DNA of 64,000 nucleotides. It comes from Mesorhizobium sp. 65-26. Its GTDB lineage: Bacteria; Pseudomonadota; Alphaproteobacteria; Rhizobiales; Rhizobiaceae. Of this stretch, positions 1 through 9,058 are shown piece after piece (position 1 is the first letter of the stretch; the number at the start of each line of letters is the position of its first letter). A model generated the notes under the pieces. That model did no database searches, was not told the origin of the DNA, and was given only the letters and a program-made list of their open reading frames with translations. The stretch is taken from contig NZ_MKVL01000010.1 of assembly GCF_001899205.1 (NCBI RefSeq), positions 117,166 through 181,165 of the forward strand, in the 5' to 3' direction. A program made the position numbers and the translations under genes.

Positions 1-908
1 ACGGCGATGCCGAGATTGACCTCTCGCGACAGCACCAGCGCGCCGCCGTCGAGGCGGGCGTTGACCTGCGGAAAGTCGCGCAGCGCTATGCAGGTGGCGC
101 GGGCGATGAAGGGCAGGTAGGTCAGCGACAGGCCATTGTCCTGCCTGAAGCGCTCCTTGCGCTCGGCGCGCACCCGCTCGACGGCCGTGAAATCGACTTC
201 GATCGCCTGGAAGACATGCGGGATGGTGCGCCAGTTCTCGGCCAGCCTCTCACCGGTCCGCCTGCGGATGGCATTCAGCGTCACCACCTCGCCGGTGGCG
301 GGCGCGGCGGAAACCGGCGCCGGCGCCTGCATGGCCGGCTCGGCGGCGGGCTCCGGCGCGCGTGAAATCCGTTCCGCCGGGGCCGCCGAGGCCAGGGCGG
401 CCCGTACGTCCTTTTCTCCGATCCTGCTGGTGCCCGAAGCGAGCGCGGCGCGCGCCAGCACGTCGGCGTCGAGACCGTTCTGGGCGATCAGCCGCCGCGC
501 CAGCGGCGTGATGCGGACACCGCCGGTCCTGGCCGGACCGAAGGCATCGAGCGGCGTCGACACTTCCTCGAACGGGGAGCGCGCCTCGGGGCGAGGGGCG
601 GGTTGCGGCGTTGGCGCCGTGCTGGCGGGCGCGGAGGCTACCGCGGCGGCCTTTGCGGCGGACAAACCCGCCGCGCCGCCGATGACGGCGACGACGGCGC
701 CGACCTTGGCCACTTCGCCGGACTTGACCCTGATCTCGCTGAGCGCGCCGGCGACGGTCGCCTGGACCTCCATCGTCACCTTGTCGGTCTCGATTTCGAA
801 GAGGTTGTCGCCTTCGTTGACCGCGTCGCCCTCCTGCTTGAACCAGGAGAGGATCCGGCCCTCGGCGACGGTCTCGCCGAGCTGCGGCATCAGGACGTCG
901 GCGCTCAT
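1..908 (-). CDS. Dihydrolipoamide acyltransferase (E2) of a 2-oxoacid/acetoin dehydrogenase complex, 3' end outside window
   Basis: Not in ORF track (runs off the edge). Read manually from ATG 908: MSADVLMPQLGETVAEGRILSWFKQEGDAV...FEIETDKVTMEV (lipoyl domain, lipoyl-Lys in ETDK), Ala/Pro linker, E3-binding motif (RITPLARRL). ATGA overlap with E1 beta stop. Confidence 0.93.
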   Translation of the reverse strand, partial: MSADVLMPQLGETVAEGRILSWFKQEGDAVNEGDNLFEIETDKVTMEVQATVAGALSEIRVKSGEVAKVGAVVAVIGGAAGLSAAKAAAVASAPASTAPTPQPAPRPEARSPFEEVSTPLDAFGPARTGGVRITPLARRLIAQNGLDADVLARAALASGTSRIGEKDVRAALASAAPAERISRAPEPAAEPAMQAPAPVSAAPATGEVVTLNAIRRRTGERLAENWRTIPHVFQAIEVDFTAVERVRAERKERFRQDNGLSLTYLPFIARATCIALRDFPQVNARLDGGALVLSREVNLGIA

Positions 909-1894
909 CTCTTCGACCCGTTCATGACCCGCGAGATCTTCTCGACGATGCGCGGCGCGTTCGGCAGCGCGAGATCCTCGAGGTGGTCGGCGGCCGGCAG
1001 CGGTATGTGCGGCGTGGTGATGCGCACGATCGGGCCGTCGAGGTCCCAGAACGCCTCGTCGGCGACGATGGAGGCGATCTCGGCGCCCCAGCCGCACAGG
1101 CGCGGATTCTCCTCGACGGTAAACAGCCGGCCGGTCTTCGCCACGGAAGCCAGGATGGTGGCCGTGTCGAGCGGCACCAGCGAGCGCACGTCGATGACCT
1201 CGCAGTCGATGCCGTGCTCCGCCGCCAGCGTCTCGGCGGCGGCCAGCGCGCGCGGAACCATCAGCGCCAGCGCCAGTATGGTGGCGTCCTTGCCCGGCCG
1301 CAGGATTTTCGCGGTGCCCAGGGTGTCGATGATCTCGCCGTCGGGAACCTCGCCCTTCACCGCGTAGAGCGATTTGTGCTCGTGGAAGATCACCGGATTG
1401 TCGTCGCGCACCGCCGCCGCCATTAGGCCGATGACATCGACCGGCGAGGAGGGGGCCACGACCTTGAGGCCGGGGATCATCATCGTCCAGTTCTCGATCG
1501 ACTGCGAATGCTGCGCGCCGAAGCGGGCGCCGCCGCCATTGCCGGTGCGCACCACCAGCGGGCAGCCGAGCTGGCCGTTGGTCATGTAGCGCAGCTTGGG
1601 GAATTCGTTGGCGATGTAGTCGAAGCAGACGGCGACGAAATCGGCGAACATGATCTCGGCGATCGGCCTCAGCCCCGTCATCGCCGCGCCCATGGCGGCG
1701 CCGAGGATGGCCTGTTCGGAGATCGGCGTGTCGCGCACCCGGCGCGGGCCGAATTTCTCGTAGAGACCGACGGTCGACTTGAACACGCCGCCGGCCTTGG
1801 CCACGTCCTCGCCCAGGAAGACGACGTTCTCGTCGCGCTCCATCTCCTGCGCGATGGCGCGGGCGACCGCGTCGCGATAGGTCAGTTCCGCCAT
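905..1894 (-). CDS. ThDP-dependent dehydrogenase E1 beta subunit (acetoin dehydrogenase AcoB/PdhB-like)
   Basis: MAELTYRDAVARAIAQEMERDENVVFLGEDV...RVRDTPISEQAILGAAMGAA...GAQHSQS; start trimmed to ATG 1894, overlapping E1 alpha stop. Confidence 0.95.
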   Translation of the reverse strand: MAELTYRDAVARAIAQEMERDENVVFLGEDVAKAGGVFKSTVGLYEKFGPRRVRDTPISEQAILGAAMGAAMTGLRPIAEIMFADFVAVCFDYIANEFPKLRYMTNGQLGCPLVVRTGNGGGARFGAQHSQSIENWTMMIPGLKVVAPSSPVDVIGLMAAAVRDDNPVIFHEHKSLYAVKGEVPDGEIIDTLGTAKILRPGKDATILALALMVPRALAAAETLAAEHGIDCEVIDVRSLVPLDTATILASVAKTGRLFTVEENPRLCGWGAEIASIVADEAFWDLDGPIVRITTPHIPLPAADHLEDLALPNAPRIVEKISRVMNGSKR

Positions 1895-2910
1895 GACCAT
1901 CCCCCGTCGGCGTAGACATCCGTGGTAAGCAATTCGGCCGGTGCCGGTGGCGAGGCCTTGCACAGTTCGGTGGCGGCCTCGACCTTGCGCTTGCTCTCGG
2001 CGTCGATGGCCGTGATCTCGGCCTCCGAGATGCCGAATTCCCTCAGCCGCTCGCGGTAGATCTTGACCGGGTCGCGCTCCAGCCATTTCTCCAGCTCGCC
2101 CTCGGGACGGTATTTCGCCGGATCGGCGCGCGAGTGGCCGGAATGCCGGTAGGTCATGCATTCGATGAGCGAGGGACCGCCGCCGTCGCGCGCTTTGACG
2201 AAGGCGGCCTGCGCGGTGCGGTAGACGACGTCGGCGTCGTTGCCGTCGACGACGATGCGCTCCAGCCCGTAGGCGGAGGCGCGGTCGGCGGCGGGATGCT
2301 CGACCGCCGTCACGTCGCCGATCGGCGTGTATTCCATGTAGAGGTTGTTCTCGCAGATGAAGACCACCGGCAGCTTCCAGATGGCGGCGAAGTTCAGCGC
2401 TTCGTGGAAGGCGCCGATGTTGGTGGTGCCGTCGCCGAAGAAGCAGACCGAGACGTCCTTCTGGCCGAGATATTGCGCCCGCCAGGCCGAGCCGCAGGCG
2501 ATCGGCAGGTGCGCGCCGATGATGGCGTAGGAGCCCATCACGCCGTGCTCCACCGAGGTCAGGTGCATCGAGCCGCCCTTGCCGCGCATGAGGCCGACGT
2601 CGCGCAGCATCAGTTCGCCCAGCACCTGCTCCATCGGCACGCCGCGCGCCAGAGTGTGGGCGTGGCCGCGATAGGTGCAGAACGACTTATCACCCGGCTG
2701 CATGGCCATGGCGACGCCGGCGGCGATCGCCTCCTGGCCGAGCGACAGGTGGCTGGTGCCCTTGATGAGGTTCTGGAAGAACAGATCGTTGGCGCGCTTC
2801 TCGCAGTCGCGGATCTCGACCTGGAGCCGGTAGAGCTCGAGCCGGGTTTCCGGGCCAATATCGTCGTTCGACAGGCCCGCCTTGCGGGACCCGGTGTGTT
2901 TTCCTGACAT
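1882..2910 (-). CDS. ThDP-dependent dehydrogenase E1 alpha subunit (acetoin dehydrogenase AcoA/PdhA-like)
   Basis: HLSLGQEA, YRGHAH, GKGGSMH, ThDP motif GDG...ENN, YRHSGHSRADPAKYR. C-terminal part of track ORF 1882..3915; start trimmed to ATG 2910. Confidence 0.95.
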   Translation of the reverse strand: MSGKHTGSRKAGLSNDDIGPETRLELYRLQVEIRDCEKRANDLFFQNLIKGTSHLSLGQEAIAAGVAMAMQPGDKSFCTYRGHAHTLARGVPMEQVLGELMLRDVGLMRGKGGSMHLTSVEHGVMGSYAIIGAHLPIACGSAWRAQYLGQKDVSVCFFGDGTTNIGAFHEALNFAAIWKLPVVFICENNLYMEYTPIGDVTAVEHPAADRASAYGLERIVVDGNDADVVYRTAQAAFVKARDGGGPSLIECMTYRHSGHSRADPAKYRPEGELEKWLERDPVKIYRERLREFGISEAEITAIDAESKRKVEAATELCKASPPAPAELLTTDVYADGGWSWRN

Positions 2911-2974
2911 GTTCTGGTTCCACCCTAGATGGGCAAACCATGCCAAAACTGTCCATGCCGGACATGGGTCATGA

Positions 2975-2989
2975 TTCTCATATTGAACA
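2975..2989. promoter_or_regulatory. Candidate operator, copy 1 (TTCTCA-TAT-TGAACA)
   Basis: Imperfect version of the palindrome at 3066-3080; lies 65 bp upstream of the E1 alpha start. Confidence 0.5.
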
Positions 2990-3065
2990 ATCTTTTCCTT
3001 ACGCGCCGCGTCGATGCATGGCAGCGCTGTCATGCGTCCGGGCGATGCCAGCGCGATTGCAAAGA

Positions 3066-3080
3066 TTCTCATTTTGAGAA
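3066..3080. promoter_or_regulatory. Candidate operator, copy 2 (TTCTCA-TTT-TGAGAA, perfect 6-3-6 palindrome)
   Basis: AT-rich palindrome in the divergent intergenic region between the aco-like operon and the regulator. Confidence 0.6.
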
Positions 3081-3381
3081 AATGTCGGGAGGCGGCCCCG
3101 GCCGTCGATGCTAGCATCCAGGATGGGAGGAGCTGTGCCCGCGCCCAGGAGGACCGACCCCGCAGGGGCGGCGGCGCCATTGCTCCATGTGGATGATGCC
3201 GGAACCGGCGGGACGCGATGCGCCCGGCGGCGCGACGTGCCGGGCCGGGATCGTGGCCCGGCTCGGGTCGCGGCCGACGAAAGGGGAGAATTGAGCGCGA
3301 AGGCGCGAGGCAGGCACAGGTCCGAGGGCAGCGCGCGGAGCCGATACCGGCGCGAGGCCTTGCTGAAGGGAGGAGGATCCG

Positions 3382-5133
3382 ATGCTCGGTTTTGTGGAAC
3401 AGGAAGCCGACCGGTCGCAGGCCGACCGGATGACAGATTACGAACTGCTTCGCATCATCAATTTCCTGGAGCGCATCCGCGTTCCCTATGACGAGAAACT
3501 GCAGGCGGCATCGCCCGATCCGGTCTGGAACATCGTGCTCTTCCTGATGAAGAGCCACCTGCGCGGCGACACCGTCACCATGTCGTCGCTGGCCTCGGTG
3601 TCGCAGATACCGTTCCCCAGCGCCATGCGCCGCATCCACAAGCTGATCGACGACGGCGACATCGAGCAGATGAACCGCAGCGCGACCGGCAAGTCGTTCT
3701 TCCTGGTGCCCAGTTCGCGGCTGAAATCCAGCTTCGTCGCCTATGCGATCCGGGTGAAGGCATTGCTGGCCGAGACCTTCGGGCTGGGCGGCGGTAGCGC
3801 CAACGCGGAGGAGTATTATTTCGGCGGTTCCTACCTCGCCGACCAGATCATCCCGCCGCTCAGGCTGATGGAGAGCCGCCAGGCGCCGAGCCAGGACCTG
3901 CGCTTCCTGCTGCATGACGACAACTACTTCTCGTCGATGCGCAACATGTGGTCAGACTTCCGCTCCAAGCTGTCGTCACGGCGCAATTTCCGGCTGCTGG
4001 GGCTGCCAGACCTGCACAAGGAACTGTTCCGCAATGCCCGCCGCCCGGCCAGCGAATACGACGTCATGGCGGTCAACATCCCTTGGCTCGGCGAGGCGGT
4101 GAAGCAGGGCTTGGTGCAGCCGCTCAACAGCTTCCTGGTCGACAGCGGCATCAACTCGCTGGACTTCCACCCCAACATCTGGGCGACCGGCAGCTGGGAC
4201 TCCGTGCAGTACGGCGTGCCGATCTACTGCACCATCGAGACGCTGGCCGCGCGCAAGGACCTTTTCGAGGCTCATGACCTGCACATGCCGACCAGCTTCG
4301 AGAAGGTGCTCGACGCGGCGCGGCAGCTGCACAATCCCAAGCGCGGCATGCACGGCATCGTCTGGAACGCCGCGCGCGGCATGCCGATCGCTCACTCCTT
4401 CATGTTCTTCATGGGCGCCTGCGGGCAGCCGGTCATCAACGTGCCGATGGCGCGCGTGGCCTTCGACTACAGCCACATGGCGGGCGAGATGTACCGTCCG
4501 CGCGTGCAGAGCGAGGCGGGCCTGCGCACGCTCGACTACATGCGCCGGCTGCTCGCCGTCTCGCCGGCCGACATCCTCGTCATGGACTGGAATCGGGCGC
4601 TCGACTGCTTCATGCTCGGCCAGTCGGCGATGATCTACTGCTGGACGATGCGCGCCTCGCGCTTCGAATACGACATCCGCTCGGTGGTGAAACGCAAGGT
4701 CGAGTACCTGCCGCATCCGCATGGGCCGGGCGGCGCCGTCGTCGGGCCCGTCGGAGGCTTCCTGCTGACCATCCCGGCCGGCCTGTCGCCGGAACGCGCC
4801 AAGCTCGCCTTCGAGGCGATATCCTGGATGGCCTCGCCGGCGGCGATGAAGGAGCACGTCAAGAATGGCATACCGGTGGCGCCGCGCTTCAGCGTCACCG
4901 CGGACCCGGAGGCCGCCGCCACCACGCCCATCGTGCGGATGGTCGACAGGCTCGCCAAGCAGAACAAGCTGCATGGCTGGCACCGTCCGCCGATCCCCGA
5001 ATACACGCTGGTCGAAAAGATCATCGGCGAGGAGATCTTCGCCGCGCTCAACGGCGAGCTCACCGACCGGGAGGCGCTGGAGCGCTGCCAGAACGGCATC
5101 GACAAGGTGATGCGCGCGGCTGGCCACTACTGA
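3382..5133 (+). CDS. Winged-helix DNA-binding domain fused to a family-1 (CUT1) solute-binding domain; probable cytoplasmic ligand-sensing regulator
   Basis: RBS GGAGGAGG before ATG. N-terminal ~130 aa MarR-like wHTH (VTMSSLASVSQIPFPSAMRRIHKLIDDGDIE...GKSFFLVPS), no signal peptide. C-terminal ~400 aa resembles sugar SBP (YDVMAVNIPWLGE, YGVPIY, RKDLFE, GGFLLTIP). Confidence 0.8.
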   Translation: MLGFVEQEADRSQADRMTDYELLRIINFLERIRVPYDEKLQAASPDPVWNIVLFLMKSHLRGDTVTMSSLASVSQIPFPSAMRRIHKLIDDGDIEQMNRSATGKSFFLVPSSRLKSSFVAYAIRVKALLAETFGLGGGSANAEEYYFGGSYLADQIIPPLRLMESRQAPSQDLRFLLHDDNYFSSMRNMWSDFRSKLSSRRNFRLLGLPDLHKELFRNARRPASEYDVMAVNIPWLGEAVKQGLVQPLNSFLVDSGINSLDFHPNIWATGSWDSVQYGVPIYCTIETLAARKDLFEAHDLHMPTSFEKVLDAARQLHNPKRGMHGIVWNAARGMPIAHSFMFFMGACGQPVINVPMARVAFDYSHMAGEMYRPRVQSEAGLRTLDYMRRLLAVSPADILVMDWNRALDCFMLGQSAMIYCWTMRASRFEYDIRSVVKRKVEYLPHPHGPGGAVVGPVGGFLLTIPAGLSPERAKLAFEAISWMASPAAMKEHVKNGIPVAPRFSVTADPEAAATTPIVRMVDRLAKQNKLHGWHRPPIPEYTLVEKIIGEEIFAALNGELTDREALERCQNGIDKVMRAAGHY

Positions 5134-5162
5134 CCGGCGGCGGCCTGCAGCGCGCCCGCCTG

Positions 5163-5177
5163 CTCTCAAAATGATAA
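5163..5177. promoter_or_regulatory. Candidate operator, copy 3 (CTCTCA-AAA-TGATAA)
   Basis: 13/15 match to the reverse complement of 3066-3080; upstream of the ABC importer operon. Confidence 0.55.
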
Positions 5178-5357
5178 ATTTTGCGGTTTGATCGCGCCCC
5201 TGGAACTGCAACTCTTTCCACCAGGCGCCAGGGAGGGCGCCTCCAGTCACATAGACCGGACCGAGCAACAGGACGCCCCGGAACCATGCGCCGGGCGTGA
5301 CGGGGACGGCTGCGCCGCAGCCAGGACTCCGGCTGAAACGCAGGTGGAGGAACTTAC

Positions 5358-6512
5358 ATGAGCAACATCTCAAGACGCCTTGCCATGCTTCTGGTGGGCG
5401 CCGCCGGACTGGCCGCGCTCGCCGCGCCTGTCCTGGCGCAGGACGCCAAGTTCTACAACGGCGCGCCGCGGACCTATCTCTACAATCCCAACACCGATGT
5501 CTGCTTCAAGGACACCACGCAATACAAGAAGGAAGGTCCCTACACGATCGGCTTCTCCAACGCAGGCCTCGGCGACTCCTGGCGCGTCGTCATGCTGCAT
5601 TCGTTGGAGGCTTCGGCCGCCAAGCACAAGGACCAGATCAAGAAGCTGATCATCACCGATGCGGGCCATGACGACGCCAAGCAGGTGGCCGACATCCAGG
5701 ACCTCATCTCGCGCGGCGTCGATCTCCTGATCGTCAGCGCCAACACCCAGCAGGCGCTCGATCCGGCCGTGTCGCAGGCCATGGCCGCGGGCATCCCGGT
5801 GGTGATGGTCGACCGCCGTGTCGCCTCCGACAATTTCGTCACCTTCGTCACCGCCTCCGACGCCATGATGGGCCGCCTGTTCGCGCAGTGGATCGTCGAG
5901 AAACTGCACGGCAAGGGCAACGTCGTCATGCTGGCCGGGCAAGCCGGTTCGAGCCCGTCCGAGAACCGCGAGAAGCCGGCCCGCGAGGTGTTTGCGCAGT
6001 ATCCGGGCATCAAGGTGCTGGAGACGGTCTATTCCGACTGGTCGCCGGTCAAGGGCAAGCAGGTGATGCAGGCCATGATCGCCAAGTACGGCAAGCAGAT
6101 CGACGCCGTGTGGTCGGCGCACGGGCTGCAGACGCCGGGCTCGATAGAGGCTTTCATCGAGGCCGGATACAAGGATGGCGAGATCCCGCCGCACACCACC
6201 TCCGACGTCAACGGGCCGCTGCAGATGGCGATCCAGCACAAGGTGCCGATGCTCGAGGTCGGCTATCCGCCGGCGATGGGCGGCGTCTCGGTCGATGTCG
6301 CGCTGCAGGTGCTGGCCGGCGCGCCGGTGCCCTGCATCTACACGATCAACTCGCAGATCGCCGTCAGCGAGGGCGACAACACGCCTTCGATCGAAACGCC
6401 GCTGCGGCTGACCGACATGGTGGTGCCCAAGGGCGCGCCGGACATGCTGATCACCGGCGGCATGGGGCCGGACTACGACCCGAAGACCTTCAAGGTCGAC
6501 TTCCCGCAATAA
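5358..6512 (+). CDS. Sugar ABC transporter periplasmic binding protein (RbsB-like, CUT2)
   Basis: RBS GGAGG; signal peptide (..AAPVLA-QD); YTIGFSN, GVDLLIVS, IPVVMVDR motifs. Confidence 0.93.
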   Translation: MSNISRRLAMLLVGAAGLAALAAPVLAQDAKFYNGAPRTYLYNPNTDVCFKDTTQYKKEGPYTIGFSNAGLGDSWRVVMLHSLEASAAKHKDQIKKLIITDAGHDDAKQVADIQDLISRGVDLLIVSANTQQALDPAVSQAMAAGIPVVMVDRRVASDNFVTFVTASDAMMGRLFAQWIVEKLHGKGNVVMLAGQAGSSPSENREKPAREVFAQYPGIKVLETVYSDWSPVKGKQVMQAMIAKYGKQIDAVWSAHGLQTPGSIEAFIEAGYKDGEIPPHTTSDVNGPLQMAIQHKVPMLEVGYPPAMGGVSVDVALQVLAGAPVPCIYTINSQIAVSEGDNTPSIETPLRLTDMVVPKGAPDMLITGGMGPDYDPKTFKVDFPQ

Positions 6513-6526
6513 GCCTCGGTTTCGCC

Positions 6527-6559
6527 GGCGGGGGCCGCGGCAGCGCCGCGGTTCCCGCC
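6527..6559 (+). terminator. GC-rich stem-loop after SBP gene (mRNA-stabilising/attenuating hairpin)
   Basis: GGCGGG-GG-CCGCGG-cagcg-CCGCGG-TT-CCCGCC; no poly-U tail. Confidence 0.5.
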
Positions 6560-6578
6560 GCAGAATTGGACAGGGCGA

Positions 6579-8099
6579 ATGCTTACCCTTTCAGGTATCT
6601 CGAAGAGCTTCATCGGCGTCAAAGCGCTGTCGGGCATCGACCTCGACGTACGCGCGGGCGAAATCCACGCGCTGGTCGGCGAGAACGGCGCCGGCAAATC
6701 GACGACGATCAAGATCGCGGCCGGCGTCTACCGGCCCGACGCCGGCCAGATCGTGTTCGAGGGCAAGCCGGTGCAGTGGACGAGGCCGGCCGAGGCGAAG
6801 AACGCCGGCATCCACGTCATCTACCAGGAGTTCGTGCTGTTCCCGCACCTGACGGTGGCCGAGAACATCTATCTCGGGCACGAGCGGCGCAACCGCTTCG
6901 GCTTCGTCGACCATGCGCGCACCCGCCGCGACGCGGCCGAACTGCTGCGCAAGCTCGGTGTCGAGATCGATCCGCGCATGCCGGTGTCGGAACTCACGGT
7001 GGCCGACCAGCAGATGGTGGAGATCTCCAAGGCGCTCGTCCACAAGGTGAAGCTTCTCATCCTCGACGAGCCGACGGCCGTCATCTCCGGCCGCGAGGCC
7101 GAGCTGCTGTTCGCCCGCCTGGCGGCGCTGAAGGCCGAGGGCGTGGCCATCCTCTATGTATCGCACCGGCTGGAGGAGATCTTCCAGATCGCCGATCGCG
7201 TCACCGTCTTCAAGGACGGCGCCCATGTCGCCACCAAGGCCATCGGCGAGGTGACGCGCGACAGGCTGATCTCGATGATGGTCGGGCGTGACCTGAAGGA
7301 CATCTTCCCGCCCAAGAAGCCGGCCGGCGCGCCGGGCAAGGTGGTGCTCAAGGCTCAGGATATTTCCGTCGCGGGCCGTGTCCGCAACGCCGGCATCGAG
7401 GCGAGGGCAGGCGAGATCACCGCGCTGGCGGGGCTGGTCGGCGCCGGCCGCACCGAGCTTGCCATGGGCATTTTCGGCGGCCTGCCGACGACATCCGGCG
7501 ACGTCTGGATCGATAGCGAGAAGGTCGAGGCGATGACGCCGGCAATCGCCATCCGCAAGGGCGTCGGCTTCGTGACCGAGGACCGCAAGGGCCAGGGACT
7601 GGCGATGCTGCTCGATGTCGCCGCCAACGTCACCGCCGCGAACCTGTCGGCGGTGACGCGCAACGGCCTCATCGACAGGCGTCGCGAGAACGAGATCGCG
7701 CGACAGGAGATCGAGAACTACAGGATCGTCTGCCGTGGCCCGGCCACGGCCGTCGCCACCATGTCGGGGGGCAACCAGCAGAAGGTGATCGTGGCGCGCT
7801 GGGCGCGCACCAGCCGCAAGGTGCTGATCCTGGACGAGCCGACGCGCGGCGTCGATGTCGGCGCCAAGACGGAGATCTACCGCATCATGCGCGGCCTGGC
7901 GGAGCAGGGCATCGCGGTCCTGATGATCAGCTCGGAGCTGCCAGAGGTGGTCGGCATGGCTGACCGCGTCGTGGTGATGCGCGAAGGCGTCGTCAGTGGC
8001 GAGCTCGCCGGGGCCGACATCAGCGAGGAGGCGATCATGAGCCTTGCCACCCAGCATCCGGGCGCCCAGGCGCCAGCCATGGAGGGCCTGCCGCAATGA
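6579..8099 (+). CDS. Sugar ABC transporter ATP-binding protein (two ABC domains, RbsA-like)
   Basis: Walker A GENGAGKS, ILDEPT twice, MSGGNQQK signature. Confidence 0.96.
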   Translation: MLTLSGISKSFIGVKALSGIDLDVRAGEIHALVGENGAGKSTTIKIAAGVYRPDAGQIVFEGKPVQWTRPAEAKNAGIHVIYQEFVLFPHLTVAENIYLGHERRNRFGFVDHARTRRDAAELLRKLGVEIDPRMPVSELTVADQQMVEISKALVHKVKLLILDEPTAVISGREAELLFARLAALKAEGVAILYVSHRLEEIFQIADRVTVFKDGAHVATKAIGEVTRDRLISMMVGRDLKDIFPPKKPAGAPGKVVLKAQDISVAGRVRNAGIEARAGEITALAGLVGAGRTELAMGIFGGLPTTSGDVWIDSEKVEAMTPAIAIRKGVGFVTEDRKGQGLAMLLDVAANVTAANLSAVTRNGLIDRRRENEIARQEIENYRIVCRGPATAVATMSGGNQQKVIVARWARTSRKVLILDEPTRGVDVGAKTEIYRIMRGLAEQGIAVLMISSELPEVVGMADRVVVMREGVVSGELAGADISEEAIMSLATQHPGAQAPAMEGLPQ

Positions 8100-9058
8100 G
8101 CGCGATCGCTCCCGCCCAGCGGCCGACGAGGCTGCGCAACAACCAGGGCATCCTCGTCGTCGCGGCGCTGCTGGTGGCGCTGCTGATCTTCGGCGCTTTC
8201 ATCTCCGACCGCTTCCGCACCCTCTCCAACATCCTCAACATACTGGAGCAGTCGACGGGCCTCGCCCTGGTCAGCCTCGGCCAGACGCTGACCATCCTGA
8301 CCGGCGGCATCGACCTGTCCGTCGGCTCGTTGATCAGCCTGCTGTCGACGCTGACTTCCGGCCTGATCGCCGGCAAGGCGTCGATGGTGCTGCCGGTCGC
8401 GATCGGCGTGCTGCTGCTCGGCCTGCTGGTCGGCATCGCCAACGGGCTGCTGATCATCTGGCTGCGCGTCCATCCGCTCATCGTCACGCTGGGCATGGGG
8501 GCTGTGCTGCAGGGCATCGTGCTGCTCTATTCGCTGGGCCCGGCGGGTGCGGTGCCGCCAGGCTTCAACTACCTCGCCTACGGCCGGCTGCTCGGCGTGC
8601 CGGTCGGCGCCATCGTCATCGTCGTGCTGTTCCTGCTGGTCGGGCTCTTCCTGCGCTACGCCAGGCTCGGCCGCTACATCTACGCGGTCGGCGACGACGA
8701 GGCCGGCGCGCGGCTGATGGGCCTGCCACGCGCGCGGGTGCTGCTTACCGTCTACGGCTTCTCCGGCTTTTGCTGCGGGCTGGCCGCCATCTACCTCACC
8801 AGCCGATTCAGCGTCGGCCAGCCCTATACGGGGCTCAACTACACGCTCGCCTCGATCACGCCCGTCTTGGTCGGCGGCACGCTGCTCAGCGGCGGCAAGG
8901 GCGGTGTGCTGGGCACGCTGCTCGGCGTCTACCTCATCTCGCTGATCAACAACGTCCTCAATTTCATGGACGTGTCGACGCACTACCAGCTCATCGCCCA
9001 GGGCCTGATCGTCATCGCGGCGGTGTCGATCTATGTCGAGAAGAAGAAGAGGGTCTGA
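8096..9058 (+). CDS. Sugar ABC transporter permease (RbsC-like)
   Basis: Hydrophobic; TGGIDLSVGS, GRYIYAVG, LVGGTLLSGGKG. Confidence 0.95.
   Translation: MSAIAPAQRPTRLRNNQGILVVAALLVALLIFGAFISDRFRTLSNILNILEQSTGLALVSLGQTLTILTGGIDLSVGSLISLLSTLTSGLIAGKASMVLPVAIGVLLLGLLVGIANGLLIIWLRVHPLIVTLGMGAVLQGIVLLYSLGPAGAVPPGFNYLAYGRLLGVPVGAIVIVVLFLLVGLFLRYARLGRYIYAVGDDEAGARLMGLPRARVLLTVYGFSGFCCGLAAIYLTSRFSVGQPYTGLNYTLASITPVLVGGTLLSGGKGGVLGTLLGVYLISLINNVLNFMDVSTHYQLIAQGLIVIAAVSIYVEKKKRV

Noticed and set aside
1-2910. Housekeeping pyruvate dehydrogenase
   Set aside because: E1 beta lacks the N-terminal lipoyl domain usual in alphaproteobacterial PdhB, and the context is an accessory catabolic island; an acetoin-dehydrogenase-like complex fits better.
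2911-3381. Sigma-54 (-24/-12) promoter for the aco-like operon
   Set aside because: TGGCA and TTGC elements are present but at the wrong spacing on both strands, and no enhancer-binding protein is nearby.
2911-3915. N-terminal 335 aa of track ORF 1882..3915 as a giant E1 alpha
   Set aside because: The extension overlaps the divergent regulator and its promoter; E1 alpha homology begins at about 2910.
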